Shown here piece by piece: positions 20,601 through 29,179 of a DNA stretch of 64,000 nt. The notes under the pieces were generated by a model. It worked only from the letters and a program-made list of their open reading frames with translations, searched no databases and was not told where the DNA came from. Every line of letters begins with the position of its first letter. The stretch's first letter is position 1. Made by a program: the position numbers and the translations under genes. Source of the DNA: Candidatus Avigastranaerophilus sp. (GTDB lineage Bacteria > Muiribacteriota > Ozemobacteria > Ozemobacterales > Ozemobacteraceae); NCBI GenBank assembly GCA_045599645.1, contig JAZRWI010000112.1, forward strand, positions 4,566-68,565, given 5' to 3'.

Positions 20601-23503
20601 TTTACCCCAACGGTTGCAATATCAACAGTCAAAGGCGAAGCATCTTCTGCATTAAGCTTTATATATACCTGAGTATCTGCACTTATTTTTTCATTATTAA
20701 TGAAAGCATCTGACAGAACAGAATCCCGGTATAAGGTAATAGAATTAATTGCGGAAGGTGCTGTATGTTCAGATTGAGTATTAAAGCTATAAGAATACGC
20801 TGTAGCAAGGTGATTACCAGAATAATCTGTTACATTTGTAGATACATCAATCTTGTAAAGACTGCCTGTCCTTAAGCCATCGTCAAGCATTAAATAAATC
20901 TTATTCTGTTCCGTTACAAAAGAATAATTGCAGCTTGAACCGTTACAGGTCAGCTTGATATTTGATTTTGTAATAGTAGAAGGAGCAATTTCTTCAGAAA
21001 ATGTTATATATGGCTTAGAGTCTATAGTTACGTTAGCTGCTCCATTGGCGGGGTAACATCCAGTAACTGTCGGAGCCGTAATATCACTGGTAGAAAAATA
21101 GTAAATCAAAGGAGTAACCTGTTTGTTACCTGCCTTATCAATCATATTTTCTACAGTCACATAATAGTTTTTTTCTGAACCCAGAGAAGCATTTGGAGAA
21201 ATCAGAATCTTTTTATTTGTGCTGTCATAGCTTATAGTAGACGCAACAACTGTTGATAATTGCAAAAGCTTTATATTTTCAGAATTTACGCTTGAAGTGT
21301 TTAATTCTTCACTAGTAGAAATTTCTATGGCACCAAGCGTTGTCGGATTTACGTTTACTGCAGCTGAAGCTGGATTTAACGGCTTCATTACAGGATAAGT
21401 AACCTTTAAAGGTAAATATTTCTTATTATTTACAGTCTGAAAAGTCCATTCAGAATCAATATCCAATGGAGCTGAAAGCTGATACTCACCATAAAAATAA
21501 TTACTGGAAGCTGTTTTTTGAGTCAAAGTCAGCGTAGTAACCAGACTGCCATCTTTCTTAACATCAACAGCTGTTGTGTCTACTGTATTAAAGGCAGGGT
21601 CATACGCATTTACACGTAAATATATTTTTTTATTCGAAATAACGTCACTACCAGAAGCAATGACAGTAGTACAAGCGGAATCAGAAAAGGCTTCTATATC
21701 AATTACTCCTTCAGAGTCCAGAGAAGTGGATGAAAGCTGGGTTTTAAACTTCAGTGCTTCATCCTTATATATCTGTGAGCCAACAGCGTCAACAACACCG
21801 CTGGCTATATTAATTACATATTCTGTATTCAGTTTAAGATCTGTAGATGGCTTAAAAACAAGCTTTCCAGATGAACTGGCAACCTCAGCAAGTGTAATCT
21901 GGGTATTTGTTCCTGATTCCTTTAATTTAATAAACGTATTTAATTCAGACGACAACAAACCTGTATTCATGCTCTTATCAAAATCAAGGGCAAAATAACA
22001 TGTACTGGAACTGGCAATTACTGCCTTGCCACCAGCTACATTATAGGTACTGTCAAAGCTTCTTACCCCACCTAGGAACTCAGAATTAACACATCTTGCC
22101 AAGGTCTTTGCAGGAACCATTTCTGCAAATTTAACCTGTATGTTTACTTTTGTATTTAACCTAGGAGGACCTTCTATATGCAGCTTCTTATTTTCAGCCT
22201 GCCAAGAACAAGCCTGTGGATATTCAAGCTTTCTTTTGAAAAAATTAATAGTTTCAAATCCAGAAGAACAAACACAGCCAGAATAATAATTGCCATCTTC
22301 ATAATACTGAAAAGCCATTGCATATTTTATATATGCTGAAGTGCCGCTTTCAGTTACAAGAGTCTGAGATATTGGAGACCGATCACCGCAAATACAGTAA
22401 TTTTTTATTGATTTATCATCACTTATTGTAAAACTTGTTTCAAAGTTGTTATAACTGCCTCCACTTATACAAGCATAAGTAGGATTAGAATCACTTACAG
22501 AGCATAATTTCGTCTCGCTGGAAGAAAACGCAAATCTATTTGAAGCTCCAGAAGAAAATGTTCCTGTTTTATAATAGGCATTATCACTACTTAACCACCC
22601 TAAATAAACTTTTCCACTTCTAGGATTTTGTGTTATGGTCATTTGTGCGCCAGTTATATTATTATTAAGAACAATAGTTGAATCTTTCTTATTTGTTGTA
22701 CTGTAAGCACCATCCTTGAAAGACAATAAATTAACATGGTTAGCATCACTAAGATAGGCAACAACAATATATTCCTCATTGCCACCTTTTAAAAGGCAAC
22801 CAGTAAGTCCCCAAGTATCTACAAAATTAGAAGTCTCAACTGTTATAGCACTAGACCATGAAGAACCATTAAATATAGACATACGCAAGACAGGAGATTC
22901 TCCTGACGGCTTATATGAATAGAAACAGTATGCTTGGGTTTTACTGACAACAACAGAAAATGCTTTCGCACCACAAGTGTCAATATTTCCGGAATAACAA
23001 TCAACAAACTCACTAGGTTTATTACAAATACCATACAATAGGGTGGCCGGCGCCAGTGACATACCACAAACAAGAAACTTATTTCTAAGTGATGAATTAG
23101 AATAGTCATAAGGGAACTGCACTATCTGCATATAGTTATAACGTTGAGTTGATTGAGTCTTATTATTAATAATTCTATCCCAACTATTAATTGGATACCC
23201 ATTGTCCCAAGGCACAAAGTCATTTGTATAAGCAGGCACAGGTGTAGTTGTTGCTACTCTGCCAGTAGTATCAAAGGATGCAGCTTCTGGGTATATGTTT
23301 TTACGACTGCTTAATGGAGATATGTTAAAGCTAAAGGAGCTGACAGAATATTCAGTCGCAGTCAGGCTGACATTCTCTGTTACAGCACCATACAAAGGTG
23401 TAAGGCAAAAAATCCCTACCCACAAAAGAATGACAAGGGAAATTTTCCCTTGTGTTTTTTCCGATTTATTGAAAAACATCATATGATAAATAAATAATAG
23501 CAC
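14633..23503 (-). CDS. Giant (2956 aa) secreted surface/adhesin-like protein: signal peptide, Cys-containing N-terminal module, many Ig-like (SbsA/Big-type) domains, C-terminal T9SS-type (Por_Secre_tail / FlgD-Ig-like) sorting domain
   Basis: Signal peptide VILLWVGIFCLTPLYGA; recurring P.NGA.NV......I.FSE motifs that open Ig-like domains; C-terminal ITIYDVAGHRVDTIEMDGREGENIVRWNF...NGAYIYRVKSMGTGDFYTHAKMV matches the T9SS CTD pattern. Confidence 0.75.
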   Translation of the reverse strand: MLLFIYHMMFFNKSEKTQGKISLVILLWVGIFCLTPLYGAVTENVSLTATEYSVSSFSFNISPLSSRKNIYPEAASFDTTGRVATTTPVPAYTNDFVPWDNGYPINSWDRIINNKTQSTQRYNYMQIVQFPYDYSNSSLRNKFLVCGMSLAPATLLYGICNKPSEFVDCYSGNIDTCGAKAFSVVVSKTQAYCFYSYKPSGESPVLRMSIFNGSSWSSAITVETSNFVDTWGLTGCLLKGGNEEYIVVAYLSDANHVNLLSFKDGAYSTTNKKDSTIVLNNNITGAQMTITQNPRSGKVYLGWLSSDNAYYKTGTFSSGASNRFAFSSSETKLCSVSDSNPTYACISGGSYNNFETSFTISDDKSIKNYCICGDRSPISQTLVTESGTSAYIKYAMAFQYYEDGNYYSGCVCSSGFETINFFKRKLEYPQACSWQAENKKLHIEGPPRLNTKVNIQVKFAEMVPAKTLARCVNSEFLGGVRSFDSTYNVAGGKAVIASSSTCYFALDFDKSMNTGLLSSELNTFIKLKESGTNTQITLAEVASSSGKLVFKPSTDLKLNTEYVINIASGVVDAVGSQIYKDEALKFKTQLSSTSLDSEGVIDIEAFSDSACTTVIASGSDVISNKKIYLRVNAYDPAFNTVDTTAVDVKKDGSLVTTLTLTQKTASSNYFYGEYQLSAPLDIDSEWTFQTVNNKKYLPLKVTYPVMKPLNPASAAVNVNPTTLGAIEISTSEELNTSSVNSENIKLLQLSTVVASTISYDSTNKKILISPNASLGSEKNYYVTVENMIDKAGNKQVTPLIYYFSTSDITAPTVTGCYPANGAANVTIDSKPYITFSEEIAPSTITKSNIKLTCNGSSCNYSFVTEQNKIYLMLDDGLRTGSLYKIDVSTNVTDYSGNHLATAYSYSFNTQSEHTAPSAINSITLYRDSVLSDAFINNEKISADTQVYIKLNAEDASPLTVDIATVGVKLNGSLNRNIILYETASNSGGIFTGSLPLSDLNLYGYPTPEPLADNYEINFYSTQTPAVNTALKTAFPSLVNSNVKTTSGNAATDGASNVYVDTALTLEFSDNLDASTLTSESLMLTNGSTNLPINWSLAEDKKTITITPESNLPFDSNITLNVLYGSNGIKDETGNPIKGSMSLSFNTQKAKTEPTSITELNLYSDSSYSEASKVADNGDFNKNGILYIEAKGAGSAKNTIDNTFVVISSGSIQLARIELIETAADSDIFRGLYQCTISDDYALTCTSEVSTSINVKLILTTPYIVAMTPTNGTVEVPIASNITIAMSEGINLESINNIKLVKQTTPSQEIQYRYSFNSTSKEIIIIPLEGLEKTTEYKVTITGLMDFVGNLVNNSEINFSTQDTTYPASNISGMYVYTTSDYSDTALSNGDIIVPGCTLWVKVTSSSVTHTSTIDYVAISVKNLSTTSWEDFKIEETGVADNVFKGEIKVPINGGIAVEISISGYSETLTLHTEPYPIFETFTPASATSDLYLNDKIVITANKPVDAATVNKANICLESTKALDYSVTKTGDKEITVALNSASTDDQIKLALSSAIRDTSGLAFPLVVADYSTRALSVTGFKIYSDSGYSTEIDNNSSVDTAQTVYCIIEATDLNKDVLDTLAMSYSVTGGASGDFTLTEDSAGVYKGSFIVPNAPGKVLNVGPTGFTNKKTLSIAEAFALVSYYPEDKAVGVALDTWPIWNFNYKITESQLTDTNFAIYKNGTSKISGELSLGISGKQVRFQPVAMFDTNTKYEMRLSADLESENGKKLGTAFVATFTTQPPPLPPSNVFTFANYSDDSYNVETDSVAPNGKLYLQLVAEDTSFSTYESTRVFMDSSDGTYEGVSVKLIETNPPSGIFRLAIDVTLPEGTVITITPQAQVDKKIQVKVNNLTKLVSLNPASGTVGVYLDEKPYVLVSSGLLTSCMPSALKLSRSNGEAAAYSYSFESSNKKVVITPNENLIASETYYISAALKDSASQPILPFTYKFTTKALTVEAFNLYTDSGYANKVVNGQDIGPGVTLYCEIKGSDMTSQADQLEIVYSAADDSNSFMVTETGNATGIYRGSFVVPASVNTILNVCPKDFPEKIISLDILSAFVLESYSPADNAINVPADVWPTWNFSRRIPESQLTTSNFALYRVSDNLLIDGSLSLSGATGNQVRFKPDSMLEKETQYKMVLSADLEDTKGKKLGTGKTVTFKTQLPPLPPTGLTFNNYVNADYQQTSTSAFAGGKLYLQIKAENTSTTALEKINVIMDSDDGEIYVNEPLELIETSASSKIFRLVYQLKPTLEVGTKLTLVPQSEPSKYIVLDVAKPVVLANISPASGSENIYLDTEFYLDFSNKISDGDFQNKIKFVNAADETVAADYSLSADGLKLTIKPSSVLKAGETYSIYSTTYLVDSISQPVEAFNCSFMTKYESGVSLELYTGIAPCDGHKVSETAEIVKGQLGIAISTSDMFEKSLESRILHLSDMNYSKDIELTETALNSNLYVATITVGDDFITPPMKAEVMFGPKYQLKFDVATKTTAVSIYPGENEKITGNANISAIYSRKIYTESAKNSTKVVNEASSTISCSLITSEKESSELTWKPKVGLSNSYLYDLTISGLKDYLGLDIDPISYRFYCGNEHNIYIYSDSNFSEKITEETISNSEIYVEVVASGSVATSGKDYYIDLLRGTATETIHLKLAPVEGSDRNFRCSLKLADTMSSDIPGYPLGLYPGEWVKLSAPQLTSHEILFYYRYSSGTEPEVIKDIRFFSEKTFVRKVTDEINNPSLYIEVEAEDLNWLTEDITKVRVTSDDDRTGFILELNENGTHSDLFRGMITLSEKTTDAAAKMLKVSFGKRVTVTSVTNPNIRLSVRYYPKAEIINFTPYPSPARRNYVNFRYFLNFPTGIKITIYDVAGHRVDTIEMDGREGENIVRWNFPRKLANGAYIYRVKSMGTGDFYTHAKMVKGKFAVLR
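15950..18900 (-). repeat. Intragenic tandem duplication (about 2.3 copies of a ~1.26-kb / ~420-aa unit) within the giant protein gene
   Basis: Units are anchored by QPPPLPPSNVFTF (about 18150) and QLPPLPPTGLTF (about 16890). Flanking blocks are collinear and similar (SYYPEDKAVGVALDTWPIWNF vs SYSPADNAINVPADVWPTWNF; GKKLGT in both). Boundaries are approximate. Confidence 0.6.
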
Positions 23504-23579
23504 AAAATCAGACTAGGTACAATTCTTGCTTATATATTTTATGAGCCAATTTTTCTTAAACGTTAAGGAGTACATAACC

Positions 23580-25034
23580 ATGAACCGAAATTTGATTTTT
23601 TCAATATTAATGATAGTTGTTGCATCATTATTAGTAGGTTGTGGTAGTGGTGGCGGTTCCTCTAACCCTGTCAGCACCAATATTACTGCTCAGTCCTCGG
23701 CTCAGGATGACGCTAACTTTGTACGTGCCTGCATTGCTCCTGTAACAAAAAGAAAATTCCACTTCAACAAATGCTCATATAAAGTAGCCCAGACAGTAAG
23801 AGCCGGTATGAAAGCCCTTGCAGCCAAGATTAGACTTGCTTTCCTTTCTAATTCTGATACAGAAGACATCCAGCTGGTTGTTAATTCTGTAATGATAAAA
23901 AGCAATACTAATCAGAAATATACATTTAATGATGAAGGAACAGTTAGCCTTTCTGGCAATGGTATTTCTCAGTTTCTGTCAGATAAAGAACTTCCGGAAG
24001 GTATTTATAACTATTTTGAATTTTCTGTTAAGAGTGCAACCATAAAAGAAGGCAATGATACCTTCGAAATTAAAGTTCCAGCTGAAAAGCTTCGCTTCAC
24101 TGGTAATTTTGAACTCAAAAACGGTTTTGCTACCACTCTTAAAATTGATTTCGCCCATAAGCTTGTAAAGACTGTTGGTTTTGTAGCTTACGAAAAAATA
24201 CAAAACCCAGTTTTAAAAGCAATAGAATGGGAAGCTATGAAAGTCCTCAACAAAGGCCATGTTTACAAGTATATTCTTGTTCCAACAGTAAAATTCAGTT
24301 CAGAATTAACAGCTCTTGAACCAGAAGAACCAGCAGTTAGAGATGGTGACGTAAAGGGCACAATAGCCAATCTTATTAATTCCGACAAGCTTACTAATAT
24401 TACAGTGGCTCTTGAAGGAACAGAATTCAATAACACTACCGCAACAAATGCCAACGGTGAATTCGGTTTTGACAAAGTAAAAGCTGGTAAATATACATTA
24501 AAAGCCACAAACAACGATTATCTTGATGCAACCTATCAGGTTGAAGTAATTGCTGGTCAGGTTTCTAACATCGAAATGCAGATGAATCCTGCTGTAGTTG
24601 AAAGCACTGTTGGTGAAACCGGTTGGTTCTCAGAATATTTCCCATTAGCTGATATTAATGGAGCTTATGGTGAAACCAGTATGGAAACTCCAATAAGAAT
24701 TGATTTCGTAAGCATGGCTTTCACAAAAGCAGAAATATCTTTTAAAGCAACATACCATGACAATGGAACAGCTCGTTTTTATGCCTTCCTAGGTTCAGAC
24801 CAACAAGTAAGTGCTGATACCCAGATAGGTAATTGGTGGGCAGGTAATACTTGCAACGCTCAAAATGGTCTTGGCGAATTCTTAGCAGCTAGTGATGTTG
24901 GTTATAACTACACTGTAGATATAACAGAAGAACTCAGAGCTTATCCAAGCAATATTTATTACTTAGCTGCTAGAAACTTAGATATTGTTGATATCAAACT
25001 TAGCGATATCAAGATTACAGTTTATTACAAGTAA
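23580..25034 (+). CDS. Lipoprotein with C-terminal carboxypeptidase-regulatory-like (CarbopepD_reg / DUF4382-like) domains
   Basis: Start chosen at MNRNLIFSILMIVVASLLVGC (lipobox LVGC) with AAGGAG RBS; GTIANL...NANGEFGFDKVKAGKYTLKATN is a Cna-B/CarboxypepD_reg-like beta-sandwich signature. Confidence 0.6.
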   Translation: MNRNLIFSILMIVVASLLVGCGSGGGSSNPVSTNITAQSSAQDDANFVRACIAPVTKRKFHFNKCSYKVAQTVRAGMKALAAKIRLAFLSNSDTEDIQLVVNSVMIKSNTNQKYTFNDEGTVSLSGNGISQFLSDKELPEGIYNYFEFSVKSATIKEGNDTFEIKVPAEKLRFTGNFELKNGFATTLKIDFAHKLVKTVGFVAYEKIQNPVLKAIEWEAMKVLNKGHVYKYILVPTVKFSSELTALEPEEPAVRDGDVKGTIANLINSDKLTNITVALEGTEFNNTTATNANGEFGFDKVKAGKYTLKATNNDYLDATYQVEVIAGQVSNIEMQMNPAVVESTVGETGWFSEYFPLADINGAYGETSMETPIRIDFVSMAFTKAEISFKATYHDNGTARFYAFLGSDQQVSADTQIGNWWAGNTCNAQNGLGEFLAASDVGYNYTVDITEELRAYPSNIYYLAARNLDIVDIKLSDIKITVYYK

Positions 25035-25078
25035 CTTAATTAGTTATCAACTAATTGACATAACATCCCAAATTCCTT

Positions 25079-25110
25079 CCCCGGTCCCTAAAACCGGGGA
25101 AATTTTTGTC
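25079..25110 (+). terminator. Rho-independent terminator (ccccggt ccctaaa accgggg + T-run)
   Basis: 7-bp GC-rich stem followed by aaatttttgt on the plus strand. Confidence 0.55.
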
Positions 25111-25123
25111 AACTTTTTGTCTA

Positions 25124-26200
25124 TTAGAAAGCAACAAGCTTTGCACAGAAAATAGTAAGTGCAACAAGTGAAAGCATAATACCTACTGTCCAGAATCTGA
25201 TAACGACCTTTTCCTCTGGCCACCCACAGAGTTCGAAATGATGGTGAATAGGACTCATCTTGAATATTCTCTTACCATGAGTAGCCTTAAAATAGCTTAC
25301 CTGCATAATAACAGAAAGTGCTTCAGCAACAAAAATGCCACCGGCAATTATCAGGTAGAATTCAGTCTTGCTGCACATTGCAATAGCACCGATTGCACCG
25401 CCAAGAGCAAGAGAACCGGTATCTCCCATAAATACAGCAGCAGGATGGGAATTGTGCCATAAGAATCCTAGACAACCACCGATTACAGCAGCACACATTA
25501 CAGATAATTCCCCGACACCAGGAATAAAAGCAACTCCAAGATGCTTAGCAAAGACTGCGTGACCACAAATGTAGCTGATAACAAGGAATGGATTAATTGC
25601 AACAGTCATTGTACCAGCCGCAAGACCATCCAAGCCATCTGTCAGATTTACGGCATTGGTTGTACCAACAATTACAAAAACAGCGAACGGAATATATAAC
25701 CAGTCAAGATCAAACGTTCCACAGACAGGCAACTGTATAGCGGAGGAGACAATAGCTTCGCCTGCTGCTGTTTCAAATCTCAAACCAGGCCAAAGCTTCA
25801 TAAATAATGCCGCAGCCAGGCCGACAATAATCTGACCAATAAGCTTCTGTCTTGCTGTCAAACCAAGAGAACGTGCGTTTACAACCTTTGTAATATCGTC
25901 GAAGAAACCAATAAGCCCCATAGCCACAGTAACAGCCACACTGAACCAGATAAAGAAATTCAGCTTAGCCCATAAAAGTGTGGTTACCAATAGTGGAATA
26001 AGTATAATTACCCCACCCATTGTCGGGGTACCTGTCTTTTTCAGGTGTTCCTTAACCCCTTCTTCACGTACAGATTGTCCAATCTGGCGCAGCTTCAGGT
26101 TAGATATAACCCTTGGCGCAATAATCATTGCAAGCAAAAAAGACGTGACGATCGAAAAAATCATTCGAATCGACAAAGGCTCAAACATTGAACTAAACAA
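25124..26200 (-). CDS. mraY: Phospho-N-acetylmuramoyl-pentapeptide transferase
   Basis: Ten-TM MraY architecture with conserved DD, NAVNLTDGLDGLA and HHHFE motifs. Confidence 0.9.
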   Translation of the reverse strand: MFSSMFEPLSIRMIFSIVTSFLLAMIIAPRVISNLKLRQIGQSVREEGVKEHLKKTGTPTMGGVIILIPLLVTTLLWAKLNFFIWFSVAVTVAMGLIGFFDDITKVVNARSLGLTARQKLIGQIIVGLAAALFMKLWPGLRFETAAGEAIVSSAIQLPVCGTFDLDWLYIPFAVFVIVGTTNAVNLTDGLDGLAAGTMTVAINPFLVISYICGHAVFAKHLGVAFIPGVGELSVMCAAVIGGCLGFLWHNSHPAAVFMGDTGSLALGGAIGAIAMCSKTEFYLIIAGGIFVAEALSVIMQVSYFKATHGKRIFKMSPIHHHFELCGWPEEKVVIRFWTVGIMLSLVALTIFCAKLVAF

Positions 26201-26280
26201 AACGAAACCCTCCGTTACAGTGAGCTAGGCTTCACTGTGACGAAGGGCTTGCTAATTTTTCTTAAGGAGTATTGTGAGCT

Positions 26281-27669
26281 TTAATGCAAGTCCATCTTCA
26301 AATCAGGCCACAAGGCATGCACAATTTTTTCAAAGTGCAAACCGCGGCTAGCCTTAAAGAGTACAGTGACACCTTTTTCCATCTGTCCTTTTAGTAAATC
26401 GGCTGTATCTTCACAAGAATTTACTAATATTACAGAATTCGGGTTCATTCCGTTATCGATTGCGGAGTCAACTGTAGCCTTAACACATTCACCTACACAT
26501 ACAAGCATATCGAGTTTTGCAGCTGCTGCCTGCTGTCCAAGCTTGCGATGGAGTTCTTCAGACATTGTTCCTAATTCTCGCATATCGCCCAACACAGCAA
26601 TTTTACGACCAGAGCAGATAGAGAGATATCTCAATGCTTCCTGCATTGAAGCAGGATTTGCATTATAGCAGTCGAGCAGGATCTCTACCCCACCCTTGTT
26701 GATACGTTCCATTCTGGCACCTACCGGAGCAAAGGTTTTAATGCGTTCAATTGCCTTGTCAAGATCGCAGCCAACCTTGTGACAAATTGCCAATGCAGCA
26801 GCGGCATTAAAAGCATTGTGATGACCGGCCAGACCAAGCTCAACCTTCTTCTTTCCAGCAGGAGTTACAAATACGAAATCAACAGAATCAGCCTTCATAT
26901 TTAATTCAGTGATTCTATAATCATTACCTTCGTTTTCACCAAAGGTTGAATAATTGGCGTCTTTTGCAACCTTTTTCAAGAGGTCTATATATTCGCTATC
27001 ACCTGGCAATACAGCAGGACTTCCTGGCTTAAGCTGTTCAAGAATTTCTGATTTTGCCTTAGCAATATTTTCAAGGCTACCAAGAATACCAATGTGTGCA
27101 GGGCCTACATTACTGATTACAGCAGCATCGGGAGTAGCAATATTGCAAAGAGTCCTGATTTCTCCTGGATGATTCATACCCATTTCAAGAACGGAATATT
27201 TGCTATCAGGAGAAATTCCCATAATAGTAAGAGGCAAACCAATATGATTGTTGAGATTTCCACTGGTCGTGCTGCTCTTGGCAAAAGCCGACAATATGTG
27301 GTTAATCATAGAACGGGTTGTAGTTTTACCATTACTGCCTGTGACAGCAATAAAGTAAGACTCCAGCATCCCTCGCCTTGCGTGTGCAAGCTTCTGAAGA
27401 GCTACCAGAGTATCATCTACCTTAATAACAGCAGCATCACCGGTGTCACCAATATTGTCTGAGGAAACAAGAACTGCTGAAGCCCCATTTTGAACAGCAG
27501 AAGCAACAAACTTGTGTGCATCGTGGGTTTCACCAATAAGAGCTACAAAGAGGTCACCATTTTCAACCTTGCGGTTATCAATGCATACGTTATTTATTTC
27601 AACGTTGCTACCTTTTACTACCTTGCCTCCACAGATTTCTGCAATCTGAGCGGATGTGAATTTCTTCAT
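26281..27669 (-). CDS. murF: UDP-N-acetylmuramoyl-tripeptide--D-alanyl-D-alanine ligase
   Basis: Mur ligase fold; GSNGKTT P-loop; typical MurF N-terminus. Confidence 0.85.
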   Translation of the reverse strand: MKKFTSAQIAEICGGKVVKGSNVEINNVCIDNRKVENGDLFVALIGETHDAHKFVASAVQNGASAVLVSSDNIGDTGDAAVIKVDDTLVALQKLAHARRGMLESYFIAVTGSNGKTTTRSMINHILSAFAKSSTTSGNLNNHIGLPLTIMGISPDSKYSVLEMGMNHPGEIRTLCNIATPDAAVISNVGPAHIGILGSLENIAKAKSEILEQLKPGSPAVLPGDSEYIDLLKKVAKDANYSTFGENEGNDYRITELNMKADSVDFVFVTPAGKKKVELGLAGHHNAFNAAAALAICHKVGCDLDKAIERIKTFAPVGARMERINKGGVEILLDCYNANPASMQEALRYLSICSGRKIAVLGDMRELGTMSEELHRKLGQQAAAAKLDMLVCVGECVKATVDSAIDNGMNPNSVILVNSCEDTADLLKGQMEKGVTVLFKASRGLHFEKIVHALWPDLKMDLH

Positions 27670-27681
27670 AATTTTACCCTT

Positions 27682-29157
27682 TTATTTATTAAAAAAACTT
27701 CTAGCTACTTCTCTATCGTCAAATGGGATGGTATGGTCAGCAAAATACTGCCCTACTTCATGCCCTTTACCTGCTATAAGAACAGTATCACCTGCTTCAG
27801 CCATGGCAAGAGCCTTGTATATAGCGTCCTTTCGGTCAGCGTCCCTGATAACCTTTTTATTTTCAGAAGCATTGGCAGAATCAATTCCTACCATTATCTC
27901 ATCAATGATCGATTCAGGATTTTCTGTGCGTGGATTATCAGAGGTAACAACAACTACTTCTGAACCATCCAATGCTATTTTTCCCATAACAGGACGCTTT
28001 TCCCTTGAACGGTCACCACCACAGCCGAATACAGTAATAATACGTTTTTCAGTGACTGGTCTCAAAGCTGATAATACATTCAACAAAGCATCTGGGCTGT
28101 GGGCATAATCAACAACAACGTTTATACCCTTATTGTTTTCTATAGCTTCCAAACGCCCAGGAACAGCCTTCAAAGCTTCAAGACCTGCACATATATCATC
28201 AATTCCAACACCTAATGCGCTGCACATTCCGGCTGCCATAAGTGCATTAAATACGTTGTATTCTCCACCCATATTAATACGGCAGTGCTTTTCTTCGCCA
28301 TTGCAATGAATCTTGAAGATACTTTCAGACCCCTTAATTACAGGATTTACAGCATGAACATCTGCTGTCTGGTCATGCACTGAAACAGTTGTTGTTGCAA
28401 GACCAGCGTCCTTACATTCCTTGAGCATTTTTGGGCCATATTCATTATCAATACCAATAACGTTTTTCTTTGATTTAAACGGCAATTCAACAAACAAACG
28501 TCTCTTAGCATTGAAATAATCTTCCATATCCGGGTGGAAATCAGTGTGTTCAAGACTTAAATTAGTAAAACCGGCAACAGAGAAATTAATATTTTCAACT
28601 CTCCACATTTTTAAAGAGTGGGAGCTTACTTCGATTACACCGTGATCAATACCGTTTTTCAAGGCTTCAGACATTAAAGAATGAAGAACCTGTGATTCTG
28701 GTGTAGTATTCTTAGCTTCAATAACAGCATATCCCATATCATAATCAATGGTCCCCATTCTGAAAGCCTGCTTATATGCCTTTTTCAGAATACTCTGAAC
28801 CATATATGAAATAGTGGTTTTACCTTTTGTTCCAGTAATACCAATCAGCTTAATCTTTTCTGAAGGGTTATCATAGAATTTTGCGGAAACTTCAGATAAA
28901 GCAGCTCTTGCATTTTTAACCTTAATAACAGGTATAGAACTGTTATTTATATTTCCTTCGACTAATGCTGCAGCAGCACCATGAGAAACGGCATCTGCCA
29001 CGAAAGTACTTCCATCTATACTGTGACCACTAAGAGCAACAAACAGGTTCCCTTTCTGCACCTGTCTTGAATCGAAGCAAATACCAGTAATTTCTACATT
29101 CAGATTGCCAATAGCTTCGATGACATCTGAAGGAATAATATCTTTTAATAATTTCAT
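27682..29157 (-). CDS. murE: UDP-N-acetylmuramoyl-L-alanyl-D-glutamate--2,6-diaminopimelate ligase (DNPR motif, meso-DAP type)
   Basis: GITGTKGKTT P-loop; DNPR motif (VTSDNPRTENP) indicates meso-DAP rather than L-Lys specificity. Confidence 0.85.
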   Translation of the reverse strand: MKLLKDIIPSDVIEAIGNLNVEITGICFDSRQVQKGNLFVALSGHSIDGSTFVADAVSHGAAAALVEGNINNSSIPVIKVKNARAALSEVSAKFYDNPSEKIKLIGITGTKGKTTISYMVQSILKKAYKQAFRMGTIDYDMGYAVIEAKNTTPESQVLHSLMSEALKNGIDHGVIEVSSHSLKMWRVENINFSVAGFTNLSLEHTDFHPDMEDYFNAKRRLFVELPFKSKKNVIGIDNEYGPKMLKECKDAGLATTTVSVHDQTADVHAVNPVIKGSESIFKIHCNGEEKHCRINMGGEYNVFNALMAAGMCSALGVGIDDICAGLEALKAVPGRLEAIENNKGINVVVDYAHSPDALLNVLSALRPVTEKRIITVFGCGGDRSREKRPVMGKIALDGSEVVVVTSDNPRTENPESIIDEIMVGIDSANASENKKVIRDADRKDAIYKALAMAEAGDTVLIAGKGHEVGQYFADHTIPFDDREVARSFFNK

Positions 29158-29179
29158 TTATCTCTCCGAAGAGGTTAAT

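Noticed and set aside
14973-21998. Several 60-140-aa plus-strand ORFs (e.g. 15888-16091, 20037-20441, 21576-21998) antisense to the giant protein gene
   Set aside because: Embedded in a continuous 8.9-kb coding frame on the opposite strand. Low-complexity translations with no independent signals.
26200-26281. Imperfect inverted repeat (ccgttacagtgagc ... gcttcactgtgacg) in the murF-mraY spacer as a regulatory RNA element
   Set aside because: The stem has several mismatches and there is no conservation evidence. Mentioned only as part of the dcw finding.
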